Position numbers and translations under genes: made by a program. Positions 22,673-36,944 of a DNA stretch of 64,000 nt are shown here, piece after piece; position 1 is the first letter of the stretch, and each line of letters begins with the position of its first letter. Below the pieces are notes generated by a model. That model searched no databases. It worked only from the letters and a program-made list of their open reading frames with translations, and was not told the DNA's origin. The stretch is from Eledone cirrhosa (lineage: Eukaryota): positions 175,832,001 to 175,896,000 of the forward strand of contig OZ024743.1 in assembly GCA_964016885.1 (NCBI GenBank). Reading direction: 5' to 3'.

Positions 22673-25420
22673 ATGCCCAGCCTGAGATCCTTTCTCCACC
22701 AACTACATACTAGCCTCAAACTCCCCCCCGCCCACCCTGCTATCTCCCCTCCGCCCTTCAACTCTCCTACCTTCTCTTCGCCAAAACCCGGCACTCCAGC
22801 CACATCCATTTCCTCAGCCACTGCCTCCGCCTCCACCTTATCCCCCTCGGCTTCCGTCTAGACTTCCACCCCTCCCCCGCCGCTTCCCCCTCCACGCAAC
22901 GTATCCTCACCCTATCCTCACGCCTCCTGATGCGCAACTCCATCCGCGCCTCCCGTTCCACCCTCCGCCAACTTGACCACCAACTGACCCCCACCCTCCT
23001 CCGCCTTAACTCCACCTGCCACCCACTCCTCGCCCAAGCCATCCTCTCCTTCATCCAAAACCTCAACCACAACCTCTTCTCCTTCCTCAGCTCCACCAAA
23101 GCCCGCCAGCTACACTCACTCCTCCCAACCACCCCCATCCACCACCACCCGCCCATCCCCATGAGCCCACCACTCACCACTCCTCCCTCGACCACACCCC
23201 TACCCAATCTCCACCCTCCACCTCACCCCTCACCACACCCTCCCTTCACCCCACACACCCAAACCCCACCACTTGTTGTCACCATACCCCCTGACCTCTC
23301 CCTCTCCGCACCTGAGCGCTCACTCCTTAGTAGAGGCCTTCGCTTCATACCCCACACTCCGCACAGCGACGAGTTCCGCACCCGAACGGAAGTCGAGCGA
23401 TTCGTGCGACGCACGAAGCTACAGGCACATTTCGGCCGAAAGCCACCGGCTCCGGACGCCTCAGACCCGTTTCTCGCCCTGAGCCGACGACCATCTTCTT
23501 GGACGCCGGCCCCAGGGCAATTTAGCACCCTGGACGCTTCGTCGATGCCAGCCGTAGCGCCGTAAATCGTTTCGACTTCCGCCACCGTTCCAAACGGAAT
23601 AATATCTCACGGGGTGAACTCCTCGCTCGCCGCTCCCTCCGTAGCCGAGATGACATCGTCATCAAACCGGCGGAAAAGGGAGGCGCCGTGGTGGTGTGGC
23701 GCGCGGACCTCTACACGGCCGAAGCCCTCAGGCAGCTCTGTAACCCCCTCTTCTACCGCCCTCTACCCTCCGATCCCACACCCCTCTACCAACAACAAGT
23801 TTCCTCCACCATCCAACACCTTGTCTCCTCCTCCCTCCTCCCCCCACCGCTTCCCACCTCATCGTCCGCACCCCCCGCACCACTACCATCTACTTCCTCC
23901 CCAAACTCCACAAACCCGACAACCCCGGCCACGCCATCGTCTCCGCTTGCAACTGCCCCACCGAACTCATCTCCGCCTTTCTCGACTCCATCCTCGCCCC
24001 CCTTGTCACCACCCTCCCCTCCCACATCTCCGACACCAACCACGCCCTGCGCCTTTTCGACTCCTTCACCTACCCACCCGGCCCACAGCCCTTCCTCTTC
24101 ACCCTAGACATCAAGTCCCTCTATACCGTCATCCCCCACGCCGACGGCCTACGCGCCCTCAAACACTACCTCGACCTTCGCCCCTCCCCCATTCTCTCCA
24201 CCCCACCCTCATTCGCCTCGCCGAGCTGGTCCTCACCCTCAATTGTTTCTCCTTCTCGGGTGAGTTTTACCAACAGGTCACAGGGGTAGCCATGGATACA
24301 AGAATGGGCCCGAACTATGCCAACCTTTTTGTTGGCCATGTTGAGGCCCAAATCTTTGCCCAGTACACCGGCCCCACGCCCGAACTGTACGGTCGTTACA
24401 TCGACGACTGTATCGGAGCCACGACCCTCACCTGAGAACAGCTCCACTCCTTTCTCTCCTTCTTCTGCTCCTTCCACCCCTCCCTCCACTTCACCACCTC
24501 TATCTCCACCACCCACGTCCACTTCTTAGACATCTCCGTCACCTTCGACCCCTCCCACCACTCCCTCGTCACCTCCGCCTTCTTCAAAACCACCGACTTC
24601 CACTCTTACCTCGACTTCACCTCTTCCCACCCCACACACACTAAACACTCTATTCCCTACTCCCAACTCCTCAGGATCCGCCGCCTCTGTAGCCGAGATG
24701 CTGACTTCGAGTCCCAGGCCCTTTCTCTAGTCAGCCATTTCATCCGCAGAGGTTACCCCCCTTCTCTCGTCCAAACCGCTCTCACCCGCGCCCGTGCTGT
24801 CCACCGCTCTACCACCCTCACCCCCACGCCACCACACACCCACCCACCGTCTCCCCTTCCCCATCACCTACCACCCCTCCACCTTACCCCTCCACCGCAC
24901 CATCCGCCGCCTCTTCGGACGCCTCCAGTCCGACCCTCCACCTCCCACATCTTCCCAACCCCACCACTCCCCACCTTCAAACGCGCACGCAATCTCCGCC
25001 CCTCCTCGTCCACAGCTCCCTACCCCCAACCCACGCTCTTCCCCCCCGGTTCCTTTCCCTGTTCTAGGCCCCGCTGCAACACCTGTCCCCACATCACCAA
25101 CACCACCACCTTCCAGGGTCCCAACGGCCACTCTCTCTCTGTCCGGCATGCCTTCCGCTGCACCTCCTCCAACCTAGTCTACGGGACGTCGCATAGCGGA
25201 CCGAATCACTGAGCACCTCCGGGATATTCGTATCGGTGGTAGTTCCCCCATCGCCCGCCACTTTCGTGCCCCTGGACATTCCGCACGCCATCTCACAGTC
25301 TGTGACCTACTCCAATGCCACGGAACACCCGCCAATCTCCTCAGAGTTGAACAAAGAACGATCTTCATCTTACAGACCCACACTCCCCCCGGCCTGAACT
25401 CCCCACCCTTATTCCTTTAG
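22673..25420 (+). pseudogene. PLE RT + Cys finger + GIY-YIG remnant, frameshifted
   Basis: LLSRGLRFIP, IKPAEKGGAVVVW, YFLPKLHKP, IVSACNCPTE, LDIKSLYTVIPH, GVAMDTRMGPNYANLF, GRYIDDC (24391-24411), FLDI, SIPYSQLLRIRRLC, RGYP, FPCSRPRCNTC, NLVY..GRRIADRITEHL (YIG segment deleted), GLN. Confidence 0.88.
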
Positions 25421-26549
25421 CCTTCGACCGCCCCCTCCCCCCACACATATCCCCCACTAACACCACTAACACGCCCCTCCTTTTCACCGCCCACCCCACA
25501 ACTAACAATACTAACACCTCCACTCCACCCCTCATCCGACCACCCTTCCCCAACTAACATACTAACATCCCTCCCTTCTTCTCCCCCCGTCCTTATCACA
25601 CGCACACACACACCGGCACATATATACACGCGCTCACACTAAACACACACCCTACTACCACCACTAACCCTCACCCCCACACATCCATCCCACCACCCCG
25701 CAACTAACATCACTAACACCCCCTGACCCCAAGCACACGAACACACGCACCCACTTACACCACCCACCCCACACGCAACTAACATCACTGACACCCCCCA
25801 ACTCCACGCACACGTACCCACACAGCCTCGTACACCACCAACTCTACACACCCTACCACCACTAACCCCCACTCACACCTGCATTCAACCCTTTCTCCAC
25901 CTTCCGTATACTAACACCCACTAACACCCCTTCATCAAACTACACACACACCAGTTCACCACACTCCCTCCATCGACCCCCACAACCTTCTCTCCCCGCT
26001 CCACCCACACCCTTTCTCCACACTCACTCATCCCACTAACACCTCTACTAATACACACACACACCCTCCTCACTCCAACTTTCACACCTACCCATCCTCG
26101 CCCCTTTACCATTCCACCCGACTGCTGCTATGCCCTCTGACCACCTCCCAGCACACACAGACACACATCACTCCTACCGCCTTGACCACTTCCTGTTGCA
26201 CGCGCACCCCACATCTCTCCATGGATTACTCGTATGTGGAGCCTGACCGCGGAATCAACTACCATCCTAGGAGTTTACCAACCTTTCAACCACATCTTCT
26301 TACGGAATCACCTTTATAACTCACCCACACACACACCCCAAACAATATTTTTTCCCACACGCCGCCTACACCCACAACACGCTTAAATCCCACACACACG
26401 TGCTTTCCACCACATATTTACACCATCAGCCTTCGGATTCCTCTCCCCCCACCCCTCTATCCACACACGCGCACACACTCCGACCTACACCCCACCCCAC
26501 ACACCTCTTCCTGAACATGCAACCCCGTTCTTCCCCCAACCCTTGCTTT

Positions 26550-26582
<33 letters not shown>

Positions 26583-26837
26583 GTACACCTACACACACAC
26601 ACCACCTTCAGCCCACCCCACTCGGACACCCCGTCTCCCTCTCCCCACTCCACCCGCCACCACCGCTACACACCCCACACCCTTCCACCACCTGTTTTAC
26701 CCCATTTTAATTTAATTTTATTTTGATCATGCTTTTATTTTCAATTTCATTCGCACCGTTTCCTCCCACCCGCTTTTCGCTATATGTCTCTCCACCACTC
26801 CCCTACAGACCCTTTGAACTCTCTTCCCACACACTTT

Positions 26838-26872
26838 TCACCTGAAGAAGGGCTTATGCCCGAAACGTCGTT
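26838..26872 (+). ncRNA. Minimal hammerhead-like core in the PLE-3 3' pLTR
   Basis: CTGAAGA a GGGC ttat GCCC GAAA C GTC; helix I is weak (2 bp); mutated copy at 22128-22156. Confidence 0.55.
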
Positions 26873-26958
26873 CCTCACCACCACCCCACTCTCCAGAGCG
26901 TGAAATTAATAAACATTCGTTGTACTGCCTCTCTGTTTTGTTCCTGTTCAAATTTTCC

Positions 26959-27024
<66 letters not shown>

Positions 27025-27134
27025 CATATACATACATATGTATATACATATATATATATATGTATATACATATACATACATATGTATATACATACATATA
27101 CATACATACATATACATACATATTCATACATATG

Positions 27135-27196
<62 letters not shown>

Positions 27197-27223
27197 CATA
27201 TACATACATATGTAAATACACAC

Positions 27224-27282
<59 letters not shown>

Positions 27283-27364
27283 CAGACATATGTATATACA
27301 TACATATACATACATACATATACATACATATACATATATATACATACATATATATATATATATA

Positions 27365-27418
27365 TGTAAGTATGTATGTATACGTACATACATATATGTA
27401 TACAGACGTACAGTAGCA

Positions 27419-27466
<48 letters not shown>

Positions 27467-27895
27467 CAGGTACACATACATATATGCACGCATCAGTTTA
27501 GCGGACGCTTATTATAACGCCGCTTTGTTCGTCTGTAAAGAAACTGAACAGCCTGAATTTATGCCATACGGTGTTAAGGCAACCACGTCACCTTTTTGTT
27601 CAACATTGACACAGGAACGATGTACTAGTTTCAAGCTTGTTAGCTATCATCAGCACCGTATACCCATCTGTCAGATAGTTGAACGTTCGAAAGTATATAC
27701 TTTCCTTATGAAAATTAACGGCGGAGCAGCCTAATTTGCATATTGAGTGAGTTAAATCGGTCAGGCATACTGAAAAGGATAAGTTGAAATAAAATGAAAA
27801 CGAAATTCCATTTCTCACTCTTAGTATGGCACTTACTTAAATGTAAGTATGCATGTATACGTACATACATATATGTATACAGACGTACAGTAGCA

Positions 27896-27943
<48 letters not shown>

Positions 27944-28411
27944 CAGGTACACATACATATATGCACGCATCAGTTTAGCGGACTCTTATTATAACGCCGC
28001 TTTGTTCGTTTGTAAACAACTGAACAGCCTGAATTTATGCCATACGGTGTTAAGGCAACCACGTCACCTTTTTGTTCAACACTGACACAGGAACGATGTA
28101 CTAGTTTCAAGCTTGTTAGCTCTCATCAGCACCGTATACCCATCTCCCAGATAGTTGAACGTTCGAAAGTATATACTTTCGAACGTTCAACTATCTGGCA
28201 GATGGGTATACGGTGCTGATGAGAGCTAACAAGCTTGAAACTAGTACATCGTTCCTGTGTCAGTGTTGAACAAAAAGGTGACGTGGTTGCCTTAACACCG
28301 TATGGCATAAATTCAGGCTGTTCAGTTTGTTTACAAACGAACAAAGCGGCGTTATAATAAGCGTCCGCTAAACTGATGCGTGCATATATGTATGTGTACC
28401 TGTATGTATAT

Positions 28412-28505
<94 letters not shown>

Positions 28506-28617
28506 TGCTACTGTACGTCTGTATACATATATGTATGTACGTATACATACATACTTACATTTAAGTAAGTGCCATACTAAGAGTGAGAAATGAAATTTCG
28601 TTTTCATTTTATTTCAA

Positions 28618-28622
<5 letters not shown>
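27365..28622 (-). mobile_element. Retrozyme-like family A: tandem plus fold-back array of a ~476 bp non-coding monomer
   Basis: Monomer 27365-27840 repeats from 27841, then inverts about 28172/28173; HHRs at 27618-27658 (-), 28094-28134 (-), 28211-28251 (+); octamer at 27734-27741. Confidence 0.85.
28211..28251 (+). ncRNA. Minimal type I hammerhead ribozyme, family A
   Basis: cggtg CTGATGA gAGCT aaca AGCTt GAAA C ta G TA catcg; palindromic ACTAGT helix III; GUA triplet. Confidence 0.88.
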
Positions 28623-28678
<56 letters not shown>

Positions 28679-29439
28679 GTGTGTATCTATGTATGTATAT
28701 ATGTATGTATATATGTATGTATATATGTATGTATACATGTATAAGGTAAACAGAAATAATAAAATAACAAAACAAACGGCACAGTACAAGGGAGAAATAT
28801 ATTAGTTTTTCGCTTGAAATAGCAGGAAGAGTCGTAACATTTTGGATACTAGTCCTTGATCAGAAGATATATATATATAAGGTGATCAATTTAGCATAGT
28901 TTTCAGAGCATTGGATATGTGTTCTGTGTTTCTGAGTTCATATCCTGCTGCGGTCATTGTACTAAAGCTAAAGAAAATGTATCATGTAAGAATTAGTTGA
29001 AGTATTATTTAAGAACAAACAAAATCTGTCATATCTTTGTTTTATTTCTTGACAGTACAGTCTATTGTGATCTTGTTAATAAGATATTGCAATTTCATAT
29101 CTAACTAGGCCGCGGAATTACAACAAAATTTTCTGACAATGCATAATTAAGAAGACTGGAAATAGTTGAATGTTTTGTGACGGCTGTTAAGCTATCTTAG
29201 AGAAATATACGATGATCTCCCACGTATTTCTTATATTGCGCCGGAAAGGAAAGTGGAATGTGTAGAACATTGTCGTCGAAACACAAATGAAGTTTTGTCT
29301 CCTTCGGTATTTTGGAAACCAAAATCTGTCAAAAGCCAAAGAGGTTCGAAGCTCCCCTTTACAGATTTCATAGAGTCTCTGGTATTGATGTTCGTGATTT
29401 AGGCAATGCAATGATTGACAACCCTACGTAAGGATGGAT

Positions 29440-30370
29440 GTATCAGGTGTCATTCAGAAGCGTGAGGGTCCAGAAACGAATTAAGTAAGCAAGCAAGTGT
29501 CCAGCAGAACTCAATCCTTCTACTGTTTCATACAATCCTTCAAATCATAACAGGATTTTAAGCCTGATAGTATACGGGAACTCCTATATACTGATAACTG
29601 GTTCCTATAGTTAAATATGTAGTACAATTAAGGAAATTCTATACATAGTAGAAGATCCTAGACTAGAGAGTCCTCAAAGTAAACTAATGAATGACAGAGT
29701 TTTAGTAAATTTGAAAGAAGATAGAACACAGCTACAGACTGGGAAATATCCAGTTCAATAGACAGAAAAAGAAATTCCAATAGGTCTAAATAAGTCTAAC
29801 CGGTGTAAACTATGAAACTCATGTTGGTCAGTGGTTTCACAGAAACACAATTACAGAAGTATATATATATATATATATAAACAGGGCCATGGGGGAAAAT
29901 ATTCACTATCTCCTAGTTACTCTCATTACTCACTCAATGAGACGAGATTTAAACGTATTAAAGTGCAAAACTATACTCAGAGGCTTACCAAAGGTTATTT
30001 GTAGTGAGGGTAATTGCACATTTTCGCGGACTATGGAACAAATATCCAATGCTCTGACGACTATGCTAAATTGATCACCTATATAAATATAGGTGTATGT
30101 ATGTATGTATTTGTGTTCTAGTGCATCTGCCACATAGAAAATCTTCTGTAATTGTATTTCTGTGAAACCACTGACCAACATGAGTTTCATAGTTTACAAC
30201 GGTTAGACTTATTTAGACCTATTGGAATTTCTTTTTCTGTCTATTGAACTGGATATTTTCCAGACTGTAGCTGTGTTCTATCTTCTTTCAAATTTACTAA
30301 AACTCTGTCAATCATTAGTTTACTTTGAGGACTCTCTAGTCTAGGATTTTCTTCTATGTTCAGAATTTCC
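29440..30370 (+). mobile_element. Decayed RTE-like RT fragment (~29440-29860) with an inverted duplicate (~30143-30370)
   Basis: gaactcctatatactgataac resembles ELLYADD, ctcaaagtaaac is LKVN, gggaaatatcca resembles GKWP, in the order seen at 11340-11600; 29630-29859 is mirrored at 30143-30370. Confidence 0.55.
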
Positions 30371-30501
30371 ACCAAATTACCTGAATTGGGGGAGGGGGGG
30401 GAGGGTTTCGTGTTTTTCAGAATTTATGAAATCGATTTTGAACAGGAATATTATAGATCAATCATTTTCTTGACATAAGTATATAAATAATATACATATA
30501 C

Positions 30502-30642
<141 letters not shown>

Positions 30643-30878
30643 TGTGTGTGGATAATAAATAAATTAAGAAATAATAGGTAAAATTCTGTAAAAACAATAA
30701 ACATGTTTAAGTGATTCTTCACAAAAGCTTTCCGTTAAATGTTTTCTTGATGTGTGGACAGGGATATATAGATGAAAAACAAAATTACCAACGTGTGTGT
30801 ATAGTTGTGATACACACACACACACACACACACACATAAATATATATATATGTATATATATGTATGCATACATATGCC

Positions 30879-30957
<79 letters not shown>

Positions 30958-31256
30958 ATATGTAACTATATATGTAACTATATATGTAACTATTGCTGGT
31001 TTTAACCATTAACAAACATTTATAAAGAATCAGACTGTGCTTCTTTCAGTTTCCGTGGCGAGAAGCGATTAAGAGTACAAGACTTCCCCCTGGACAGGGT
31101 GCTAGTCAATTGCAGGGTTAAGCTATTGCAGGTAATCAATTTCAGTTAGGTATACTTGAGCAACATGAAATCGAACCCACGACATTATCATCGAACATCC
31201 AAAACCCTTACAATTAGGCCACGCACCACAATAAATTTATACACACACATACACAA

Positions 31257-31343
<87 letters not shown>

Positions 31344-31371
31344 AGGCTATCATCATTATATGCTAATCGTG

Positions 31372-33078
31372 GACGGTGGATTGGCAGTATCAGTAGAGGG
31401 TCGGATGCCATGCTTTGCAGCATAGAGTTACGGCCCTTTATGATCTGAGTTCAAATCCCGCCGATGTTAACTTTGCCTTTCATCCTTACGGGGGTCGATA
31501 AAATAAAGTACCAGTTACGTACTGGGTCGATTTAATCGACTTTCACCTTCCCCAAAATTGCTGGCCTTATGCCTATATAAGAAACCATTAGGCGGTGGAT
31601 TGGCAGTATCGGTAGAGGGTCGGACGCCATGCTTTGACGCACAGAGTTACAGCCCTTGCCATTCTGAGTTCAAATCTCGCCAAGGTTAACTTTGCCTTTC
31701 ATCCTTACGGGGTCGATAAAATAAAGTACCAGTAATACACTGGGTAATTGCTGGCCTTGTGCCTAACGTAGAAACAATTATATGTTAATCGTAAATAAAT
31801 TCAAGAAAACAGAACCAAAATTTTTTTTTTTTAAAAAGCCCAAAGCCCATCAATTCTTCCGGCATACTGAATTGCTCTTAAAACACTCGCGCCTGGTGAA
31901 ATTTAGCTAGGTGAAACTTAAAACGCAAATTGTTCAAGTGAAGAAATGTTTGTATTTCTTCATTATTTTTTTTCTTTTCTTATACTATTATATTTTATTT
32001 TTAGAGTATATAGAACGAAGCAATAACGAAAGCAAAGTAAAAAAGGAAGTGTGTACGGTTGTATTGGTAATAAAAGGTTTAATTGTGACTTGTTATATGT
32101 TAGGTGTAATGGAATGTTTGTGACCGCTCTCACCTATCTTTATCAACATTAAACAGCAACAGGGAAGAGAGTATCTTTCTTTGTATCGGAGGAAAATTCT
32201 CTTGTATTGAAGTTAGCAGTATGGTTTCAATTACCGATTGAAATATTTTCACTTAATTGTTACTATCATTATCATTTGTGGGCAGTATCTGTTTACAGAC
32301 TGAGTTCAAATCCCACCGAGGTTAACTTTGCCTTTCATCCTTACGGGGTCGATAAAATAAAGTACCAGTAATGTATTTGCTGGCCTTGTGCCAAATGTAG
32401 AAACAATTATCATTTGTTGGCCGTATCGGTAGAGGGTCGCACGCCATGCTTTGCAGCATAGAGTTGCGGCCCTTTATGATCTGAGATCAAATCCCGCCGG
32501 GGTTAACTTTGCCTTTCATCCTTACGGGGTTGATAAAATAAAGTACCAGTAACGCACTGGAGTCGATTTAATTGACTTTCCCCTCTCCTTCAAATTGCTG
32601 TAATGCTTCAAAGCGCCAGTAATGCACTGAGGTCGATTTAATTGCTGGCCTTGTACTAAAAGTAGAAACAATTGTTTGGAGGATTAACAGCAATCGTAAT
32701 GGCGTTGGACGGAATGTTTTGTAGTATCTATGTACGAGTTTTTACGTTCTGAACACAAATCCCATCCCATCCCACCCCGGAGGTCAACGTTACCTTTTAT
32801 TCTTCCGTGGTCGATAAAATAAAGTACTACTTAACTACTGAGGTCACTATAATCGATTTTCCCCTTCCCCCATATTTCCAGCTTGTGCCAACGATAGAAA
32901 GCATTATTTGGCAGTATCCGTAGAGGGTCGGATGCCATGCTTTGCAGCATAGAGTTACCATCTGAGTTCAAATCCCACGGGCGTTAACTTTGCCTTTCAT
33001 CCTTACGGGGTCGATAAAATAAAGTACCAGTAATGCACTGGGTCATTGCTGGCCTTGTGCCAAAAGTAGAAACAATTA
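31372..33078 (+). mobile_element. Cluster of six head-to-tail SINE copies (31372-31780 and 32278-33078)
   Basis: Repeated tRNA-like head (tggcagtatcggtagagggtcggacgcc, B box gagttcaaatcc) plus the central and tail domains. Confidence 0.85.
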
Positions 33079-33794
33079 TTATATTTACTTTTACACCACT
33101 TCTCGTTACTTCCAACACACCTTTCACTGATTTACTGCATTTCTGATGGAGAGCGTCTGTGAAACATAGACAAAAAACACACACTTACACACACACACTT
33201 ATACACACACACACAGAGTTACACACACACTTATAGACACACACACACTTACACACATGATGGCTGCACCCTCGTTATCGAATATGGCCATTGCACGATA
33301 TACCATTATTAATAATTATTAATTAATTCCATCGTGCTATGCCTGTGCGTGAAGATATTTTTTAAAGTGAGGAAAGACTGTGCACTGAGCCAATCCCACT
33401 CTCTGAGCGACAGTAGCTATAACCTGAAAAGAAGAAAAGATCAACATCATCGGTAACTACTGAGCCGCAGGTTTTATATCGGAGTTATCCCAGTTTCCTG
33501 AGTTGCCTTTTCCTAGAAGAATTCCCTGACAGACAAAGGCGAGGGGTCCTTCACTCCCAGTGGTTTAACCGCGCGATACATGTGTATATACATATTTACA
33601 CAATTTCGGATGGCCGTTGACTCTTATGAGTTCTTCCACCCTTTGTCAGATTTTATTTTTTGTCATGCAGGCTGTCCAAAATCACCCTCCTCAACAAGTA
33701 AACTTGATGGGGTTGCCGGTTTAGTCGCCGACGACCCGACCATGCGACAGGTTGTACTGGGTTACATGTTACCAGTCGCACTCAAGATTGACCC

Positions 33795-33830
<36 letters not shown>

Positions 33831-34152
33831 CATACATACACACACACGCACATAAACACCTGGCCCAGTCTAAAATCCTCAAAATTCCAGTGTTGATGTA
33901 TATTTCAATAAAAAAGGATCTTGCATCTTTAATGTTAAATACCACCTTTGCTCAAAACCCACGCTGAGATATCTTCAGGCATTTCTACCACTTCTACACT
34001 CATTTCTCCTCTCCATATTTAAACTTTGATTCACTCTTATATCACTTCCGGCTGTCTGTCTAACGTTTGCTGTAATGACAATATCTTTATTATAAAAATG
34101 TTTTGATAAAAATGAAGGATATTTTGTGTACGTATAGCAAAGTGTACGTATA

Positions 34153-34310
34153 GGTGGCCAATTGACAGAGTCGTTAGAACGTCAGATAGAATGCTTTGCT
34201 GTATTCGTTGCGGCTTTCTGCTCTCTGAGTTCAAATCCCTCTGAGGTCAACTCTTTGCCGTTCATCCTTTCAATGTCGATAAAAAGTACCAGTCTGGTAC
34301 TGGGGTCGAT
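34153..34310 (+). mobile_element. Diverged SINE copy
   Basis: ctgagttcaaatccctctgaggtcaactctttgccgttcatcc..gtcgataaaaagtaccag. Confidence 0.7.
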
Positions 34311-35544
34311 TCTTTCTCTATATCTCTTTCTCATTTCTTCTCTCTCTAACTTTCTATCTTTCCCTGGAAGAAATCTGCTGTTTTCAGGCCTGGCGAGGGA
34401 TGGGCTCCGCCAGGCTTAAAAGGCACAAGAAACGCCGTATATCAATACAACGCCCCATCAGGAGTTGCGGAAAAAAAAGAAAAGGTAGCAAAGTGAACAA
34501 ATAAAAATAGATTTGAACATTCTATAACATTCGATGTTTCTTATAAATGTTATAAATGTGATTAAACTTTTTAAAGTAATTTCATTAAAGTCGTTCATCA
34601 TTTCGAGGTCGATAAAAAGAGTACAGGGCTGTGGGGCGGTCAGCAAATGGGCCTCCACTTGCTTATAATAGTGAGAGATGGGGTGAGTGAGAGAGAGGGA
34701 GGCAGTGACAGTGGAAATTTGATTCTATTATGTTCAGTCCATGTTAGGAATTTTTCTTTCAATCGAAAGTATTAACTACATGAAAGCCACAGAACTATAC
34801 AATCATAAAAGTATAACAAATGTGTTCATGTCTTTTGTCGTATTATTGTTTTTAATCAATATAATTGTAATCCAATACTGGGGGGAGGGCCATCCTCTAG
34901 CTCCATCTTGCTTCTTCTCTATCACACACACTCTCTCCTTCTCTACAACAAGTTTACTGAAGAGGAGGTGGACTCGACAGTTTTAAAATGCCCAAGATAC
35001 GCCGTCTGTCACAACGACCCCCATGCAACTCCATCAGTTGTTTCGGTTCCACACATAAATACATTAAAATCAGTTCACTTTTTTTTCTTTTCTCTTTCAT
35101 ATATGTTTCTCTATCTTATACGTTTCGATCTTTATTTAAAAGTAAGAAAAAGGCACAAGAGATAATGTTCTATATATACAAAGATATGAACTGATATATG
35201 AAGCTGTCTGGAACGTTTCTAATTGCATCTTCCAATTACAAATTACATCATTACACTTATATTAATACATATAAAAATGAGAAAACTCATCGCAAGAACA
35301 ACCGTTCAAACAGCTAAATGCTGTCAAAAACAGCGATGGGCAAAAATGCCTCAGAGGACAGAGATCAACGGCCAGTGGTGAACAGAGAGACAATCCACAA
35401 GGTGGGTGACAGGCAGAAGAAATATAGAAAAGATTGAAAGAGGGGGGGGGGGACATAGAAGTGACTGGAAGAAGGAAATAAAGAAAGGCGATGTACAAGA
35501 AAAGCTTTTCATTTAAATTATATTAATACTCCGTCTATTTTAAG

Positions 35545-35735
35545 AGTGGAGGATTGGCAGCATTGTAGAGTGTTTATTTTGGTTCTCTACATTCTTAGTT
35601 CAAATCTCGTTCAGGTCACCTTTGCCTTTCATCCCGAGGATGTCGAATAAACAAAATACCAGTTAAGTACTGAGGCTGGTTTAATCAAATTTGTCTGTCT
35701 TCCAAAGTTGCAGTCCTTGTTCCGAAATTAGTATT
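35545..35735 (+). mobile_element. Diverged SINE copy
   Basis: ggattggcag..agttcaaatctc..tttgcctttcatcc..gtcgaataa..taccagtt. Confidence 0.7.
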
Positions 35736-35997
35736 TCATTTTTAAAAACATTGGTCGAGAACCAATTCATGGCAAGTTTATACAAGCGTTACGGATTTTC
35801 ATTCCCGTTCTCTTTCATTTTTTCTTGTCAATCTTTGTTGTTTCAACTTTTGACAAAGGCTTTTAGTAACTTTTAATATAATTCTGTATCTCTCTATATA
35901 ACTTATTTTTTATATATTTATTTATTCAATTCATTACCTTTACACAGCAGATACGCACACACACACACACATAGATATGTATATGTATATATATATT

Positions 35998-36089
<92 letters not shown>

Positions 36090-36341
36090 AATATGTATGT
36101 ATATATATACATATATGTATGTATATATATATATATACATATATACATATTTATATATACATATATATAGACATATATGTATGTATATATATTTATATAT
36201 ATATACAGATATATATATATATATATACATATATGTATGTATATATATATACATATACATATATGTATGTGTATATATATATATATACATATATGTATGT
36301 ATATATATATGCATATACATATATGTATGTGTGTGTATATA

Positions 36342-36386
<45 letters not shown>

Positions 36387-36665
36387 ATATATGTATAAGC
36401 TAGATTTACCATCTTTCTAGCGGGTCCGGGTAAGCTTTTTACATTCATTTGATTTATTGATTTATTGATATTTTATCTGAGTGACCCGAATCTTCCAGAT
36501 CGTAATTTTTCGGTCGTATGGTTGATTTTAGACATGATCTATGTGTGTTGGTATTTTAACGATAGTTATAGCTCTGATTTATCTGAATTATTGAGCCCTC
36601 TGCCACTCATTTCGAATTTTGTTTATAGTGAACTCGTGCGCCGATTTTTTGATACTCGATTATTC

Positions 36666-36750
<85 letters not shown>

Positions 36751-36782
36751 TACATATTTATATATACATATATACATATATG

Positions 36783-36838
<56 letters not shown>

Positions 36839-36840
36839 TG

Positions 36841-36942
<102 letters not shown>

Positions 36943-36944
36943 CA

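Larger units (their letters stand above)
22121..26962 (+). mobile_element. Penelope-like retroelement PLE-3 (Neptune/Poseidon-like), full length with direct pLTRs
   Basis: Direct repeats 22121-22250 and 26835-26962, each starting with a hammerhead-like core; embedded in (TA)n; long C/A-rich 3' UTR. Confidence 0.9.

Noticed and set aside
27525-28548. Recurrent ORFs MPYGVKATTSPFCSTLTQERC.. and [11 protein letters not shown]..
   Set aside because: They recur only because family A is repeated, lie antisense to the ribozyme, are frameshifted in some copies and are not kept in subfamilies B and C
28830-28870. CTGATCA AGGA ctagta TCC AAAA on the minus strand
   Set aside because: Two core positions mutated; at most a dead remnant
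33330-33797. GC-richer segment that might be a LINE 5' end with an HDV-like ribozyme
   Set aside because: Could not build the nested double pseudoknot by eye, and there is no second copy or ORF in the window
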